A stretch of DNA of 64,000 nucleotides, taken from Hormiphora californensis. Lineage: Eukaryota > Animalia > Ctenophora. The notes beneath the pieces were generated by a model. The model was not told the DNA's origin. It made no database searches and saw nothing but the letters and a program-made list of their open reading frames with translations. Each line of letters begins with the position of its first letter. Position 1 is the first letter of the stretch. The translations under genes and the position numbers were made by a program. Positions 59,401 to 64,000 of the stretch are shown one piece after another. The stretch lies in contig CM035352.1 in NCBI GenBank assembly GCA_020137815.1, forward strand, positions 3,968,001 to 4,032,000, read 5' to 3'.

Positions 59401-62400
59401 CACGTGTTGCCCATATATGGTGTTGTGTGTCACGTGTTGCCCATATATGGTGTTGTGTGTCACGTGTTGCCCATATATAATATGGTGTTGTGTGTGTCAC
59501 GTGTTGCCCATATATGGTGTGTGTGTCACGTGTTGCCCATATATGGTGTTGTGTGTCACGTGATGCCCATATATGGTGTTGTGTGTCACGTGATGCCCAT
59601 ATATGGTGTTGTGTGTCACGTGATGCCCATATATGGCGTTGTGTGTCACGTGATGCCCATATATGGTGTTTACTGTTACTCCTGTTGCAGTCCCAGTTTG
59701 AGATAAAAGTGAAGGTAATGAGTAGTGCAACAGTTCTGTCACGTGATGCCCATATATGGTGTTGTGTGTCACGTGTTGCCCATATATGGTCATGTTTTTT
59801 TTCGATTGGACGTTTGACCAAAAATTTTCAGAAGAAAATTGCAAAGCAACCACACGGCTTGGATGGTCACTCATATATGCGATAAGTGCATAATACTTTG
59901 AACTTTACTATGGTGAAAAAACGGTTACTCTTATTCAACGGCTTTCAGAGATACAGGCTAAAACATCAGTGCGGTTTAAAATTGCGGCACAGGGCTCTCA
60001 TGTTGCTCTAGTTATGATTGAACTTTTGAAATTTCAGAAATCATTGTAAATATTTTTTTGTAAAAGGATAGGCTAGGTTTCGGGGAAAAATTTACTCATA
60101 TTGTGCGGCACACGGCTATTTTCTACCGCAAATCTTACTCCTAAAGTGTAAAATGAGTAAATTAATGTTTGAGTTTTTGTACATATCTCCTTTGAACAAT
60201 TATGAGTATGATAAGGCGATAACTGGTACTCTCAGTTACTCATATTGTGCGGCACGAGACCTGAAAACAAGGTTGATTTTAGCCAACAGTCAAAAGAGCC
60301 GCAATTTTTGAGTAAACAGATCAAAAACAAGGTAGATACAGTAGTTATTGGTTATATGAACTGTATCCAACCACTTTGAGAACTGTTTACTCATTTAGTG
60401 CGGTGCTACAGCAGGTTAAAGATGAATGCTATTTTTAGCCGCCCCGCACAATTTGAGTAAAATTTGGTAGTTTTATTTAGCGAAGGTGGTTGTTTATTAT
60501 ATTTGCAACAGTTTAGTATCAATTTACTCATAAAATGGTACCAAAGAAGGGTGTTAAATGCAATTTTAAAAATTCAATCAATTCAACCACCATTTACACC
60601 GCACAATATGAGTAATTCGCTTACTCCTAGCTATGGATAAGAAATATGTACCATTTTTCTGTAATTTACGCAAAAAAATGTAACGATATTGTTTAAACTG
60701 TTTGATTGGTGCCAGCTTTAGCAAAGTTGGTTCGGAGTGCCGCAATTTATGAGTAAATTCAATTTTAAGCACATAAAAGTGTTCAAAAGACACTTTTGCT
60801 ATTAGGGTTGGAATATCAACTGATTTTTACTAAATTAAGTGCCGCATTTTTGAGTAAACGTAACATTTGCCCATTTTTGAAAATTTTTTACGTCCAATCG
60901 AAAAAAAACATGACCATATGGTGTTGTGTGTCACGTGTTGCCCATATATAATATGGTGTTGTGTGTGTCACGTGTTGCCCATATATGGTGTGTGTGTCAC
61001 GTGTTGCCCATATATGGTGTTGTGTGTCACGTGATGCCCATATATGGTGTTGTGTGTCACGTGATGCCCATATATGGTGTTGTGTGTCACGTGATGCCCA
61101 TATATGGTGTTGTGTGTCACGTGATGCCCATATATGGTGTTGTGTGTCACGTGATGCCCATATATGGCGTTGTGTGTCACGTGATGCCCATATATGGTGT
61201 TGTGTGTCACGTGATGCCCATATATGGCGTTGTGTGTCACGTGATGCCCATATATGGTGTTTACTGTTACTCCTGTTGCAGTCCCAGTTTGAGATAAAAG
61301 TGAAGGTAATGAGTAGTGCAACAGTTCTGTCACGTGATGCCCATATATGGTGTTGTGTGTCACGTGATGCCCATATATGGTGTTTACTGTTACTCCTGTT
61401 GCAGTCCCAGTTTGAGATAAAAGTGAAGGTAATGAGTAGTGCAACAGTTCTGTCACGTGATGCCCATATATGGTGTTGTGTGTCACGTGATGCCCATATA
61501 TGGCGTTGTGTGTCACGTGATGCCCATATATGGTGTTTACTGTTACTCCTGTTGCAGTCCCAGTTTGAGATAAAAGTGAAGGTAATGAGTAGTGCAACAG
61601 TTCTGTCACGTGATGCCCATATATGGTGTTGTGTGTCACGTGATGCCCATATATGGCGTTGTGTGTCACGTGATGCCCATATATGGTGTTTACTGTTACT
61701 CCTGTTGCAGTCCCAGTTTGAGATAAAAGTGAAGGTAATGAGTAGTGCAACAGTTCTGTCACGTGTTGCCCATATATGGTGTTGTGTGTTACGTGATGCC
61801 CATATATGGTGTTGTGTGTCACGTGATGCCCATATATGGTGTTTACTGTTACTCCTGTTGCAGTCCCAGTTTGAGATAAAAGTGAAGGTAATGAGTAGTG
61901 CAACAGTTCGGTTTTTGCTAAAGAAGTTATCACAACAAGTTGGAATATCCTCACAGGAACTATCTCTATTGGTAAGGACGCTGTTCTCATTCTGTTGTTA
62001 TCTTTGTGTTTTTGCAACTTGAACAATTATTTCCCTTCCCACTAAAAATTGCTAGATTTAATACTATACCTGCTATGTTCCCTGCTATATCAATCCCTTG
62101 GGTCCGGTGATCCCTCTTCTTCCCACGCACACAAATTTACCCCCCCCCCCACCCCCGCCCCTAGGTAGAGGGAAAGAATGTGACCCAGGATTTTACTCTA
62201 CGAGCTGGGGACTTGGTTGGAAAACACATCGCAGCCACCGAAAGTGAAGTTAAAGAAAACGAAGATGATCAAAGGTAAATCTTCAAATAAAGGTTGGTCT
62301 GAGTTTAAATTAAAGTTAAAATGTAACCAGTTCTCTTCGGTATATTTTCAGGTCTGATGCCTCCCCAGAAAGAGAGGGTGACTTCGTTAGGGCAGTATAT

Positions 62401-63849
62401 ACATTCAAGGTAGACAGTGGACCGCGGTATCTCGAATTCATAGTGGGTGATATGATTCTGGTAACCAAGAAATCCAGGGATGGCTGGTGGGAGGGGAGGA
62501 TGAATGAGAAAACTGGGACCTTCCCAGCTTCCTTTGTCGAGGCAAGTGTGTGTATATGTGTGTAAATACAATCACACACATTGTATACACTCAACTCTGT
62601 CCTCCGACGGATAGAATTTGTGTGTGGGACGTGGGTCTGTGTCCTCATTCCACCCTCGCAAGAATATCAAACACGCGAATGTAGTCGTTTTAATGGGATG
62701 CTGCGCGCAGAATTCACGTGTTGCGCTTGCTATTAAAGTACACACCGCAGGCATTTCGAAATATCACAACAGGTCCAAGTGTAGGATATGAGAGCGCAGC
62801 GTGTGGGATTGTTGTGAGTGTGTGTGTCCTCAGTCCTGTGTGTGTGTGTGTGTGTCCTCAGTCCTGTGTGTGTGTGTGTGTGATTGTGTGTGTGTGTGTG
62901 TCCTCAGTCCTGTGTGTGTGATTGTGTGCGTGCTTCACAGTTCACACCCTCCGTTTTTTCAGGAACTAAGTGAGAAACAGGTTCTGACGGCCATGACCAA
63001 AATTCCGCTATCCATTTCATCAACAACAACACCCGGAAAGCGAGCTATGGGGAATGAGTTCAAAACACCAGAGAGCAAGAAAAGTCGCAGCAAATACCGG
63101 GATTTGGTATCATCTCTAACGCCATCCCGGTAAGTGTAAAAAACCAAATCAAACCAAGAAGCTGTAAAATGTTCATACTTCAACAGCAGAGGCCTGAGTT
63201 AGCTTTTCTCTGCCTTTGATCTCTCCCCCTCCCCTTTTATCTTAGATAGAATGGGCCCCGCCAGAAAGTAGTAGATACTATATCTAGACTCTCACTCTCT
63301 CCTCAGGTTATTCTCATCCTCTTCAAGCTGTGAAAAGATAACCACTCTTACCAAACGGAGGATCGAAGTAAGTTTTATAAGCTAAGTAATATGTATTGTA
63401 TATACATCACTAGACAGGACATGGTACCCACATTATACGGCAAGGCTTACTGCAGTCCCCCCCCCCTTACTTAACAACTTCCCCAGGAAGTTACTAAACC
63501 CCTCCCTCCCCTTGGTAACTAAATTACCCCTCCGCACTATAATCATAATTATAATAGCTAATAGCTAGGTATATATTCAATATAATAACAGGGGTGGCTT
63601 CGTAACCAATCCTTCCCCTTGGGCACGGTGTACTAGACGTCGCGTGCGCGAAAACATGAGAGAGGACAGGGCAGGAGGGAGAGAAGAAGAGGGGATATCA
63701 TACCAAATCCCTCCCCACAGGGAAGTGTAAAAGAAGGAATGTTGAGGAAACAATCGAGTAATGGACGGTTATGGAAAAGCCGCTACTTTGTACTTCACAC
63801 TGACAGGCTAGTTTATTACGAGTCAGGGGATGCCAAACCACCGCCATCG
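56459..63849 (+). CDS. Multidomain protein: helical N-terminus, ubiquitin-like domain, SH3, PH; continues past the window. Exons 56459-56672, 56959-57186, 57433-57611, 57832-57921, 58976-59140, 61864-61971, 62165-62274, 62352-62541, 62963-63129, 63307-63367, 63721-63849
   Basis: Phases are consistent throughout. SH3: VRAVYTF...GDMILV...DGWWEG...GTFPASFVE. PH start: KEGMLRKQ...WKSRYFVLH..RLVYY. UBL-like: IKVKVMSSATVRFLLKKLSQQVGISSQELSLLVEGK. The start codon is uncertain. Confidence 0.75.
56824..56932 (-). mobile_element. hAT-type MITE, copy 5
   Basis: Reverse orientation; 8-bp TSD AATAATAT. Confidence 0.85.
57945..58965 (+). repeat. Intronic minisatellite, 34-37-bp unit
   Basis: (CATGTTCTAACATTAAACTAACATGTCCTCCCTC)n fills almost the whole intron. 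Confidence 0.92.
59308..61908 (+). repeat. Compound satellite: 30-bp unit interleaved with seven copies of a splice-acceptor/exon-start block
   Basis: (GTGTGTCACGTGATGCCCATATATGGTGTT)n plus TACTCCTGTTGCAG|TCCCAG...CAACAGTTC; higher-order period 123-153 bp. Confidence 0.92.
59788..60915. mobile_element. Non-autonomous TIR element (Sola1-like TSD) inserted in the satellite
   Basis: TIR GGTCATGTTTTTTTTCGATTGGACGT. The ATAT duplication is evident by comparison with intact satellite units. Confidence 0.8.
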
Positions 63850-63857
63850 GTAAGTTT

Positions 63858-63966
63858 CAGGAACCGACCGAAACAAGTAAACACCCAATCAGAACTCGTT
63901 ATTTAGGTCACGTGACTGGTTATCCGCCAATCAGGGACCAGTATTTCCTGATTCGGTCGGTTCCTG
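63858..63966 (+). mobile_element. hAT-type MITE, copy 6
   Basis: 8-bp TSD GTAAGTTT, which is the splice donor of the PH exon. Confidence 0.85.
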
Positions 63967-64000
63967 GTAAGTTTAGCGCCATTCCTCAAAGTGAAGTAAG

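Noticed and set aside
59300-62026. CRISPR-like look of the 30-bp repeats, and long ORFs 60961..62022 and 60968..62026
   Set aside because: Intervening blocks are identical rather than unique spacers, there are no cas genes, and the context is a eukaryotic intron. The ORFs arise from stop-free repeat units whose lengths are multiples of 3.

Overview
This is eukaryotic, intron-rich animal DNA, not prokaryotic. From memory, the ~109-bp CAGGAACCGACCG...CGGTCGGTTCCTG MITE resembles a repeat common in pleurobrachiid ctenophore (Pleurobrachia/Hormiphora) sequence; I could not verify this. Hand-assembled genes: WDR93 (-) with a candidate nested gene (+), a DM9-repeat protein, an LD-motif/CaaX-like protein, NOC4L, CTU2, an ORP1/2-like OSBP protein (-), a TPR-MYND protein, a KCTD5-like protein (-), RAB3GAP2 (-), a GNMT with an N-terminal hydrophobic anchor (-), an astacin apparently lacking a propeptide (-), a C2H2 zinc-finger protein, and a UBL-SH3-PH gene running off the window. 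Mobile DNA includes three long foldback elements with different end/TSD signatures, nested MITEs, LINE fragments and satellites. Most unusual: (i) a satellite has copied a splice acceptor plus exon start seven times; (ii) three frameshifts occur in two conserved genes, all near CCCTA; (iii) the GNMT and astacin N-termini are atypical; (iv) co-oriented genes are tightly spaced, with an acceptor just before each ATG; (v) a T-shaped double hairpin. Exon boundaries were read by eye and family calls are from recall; no searches were run.
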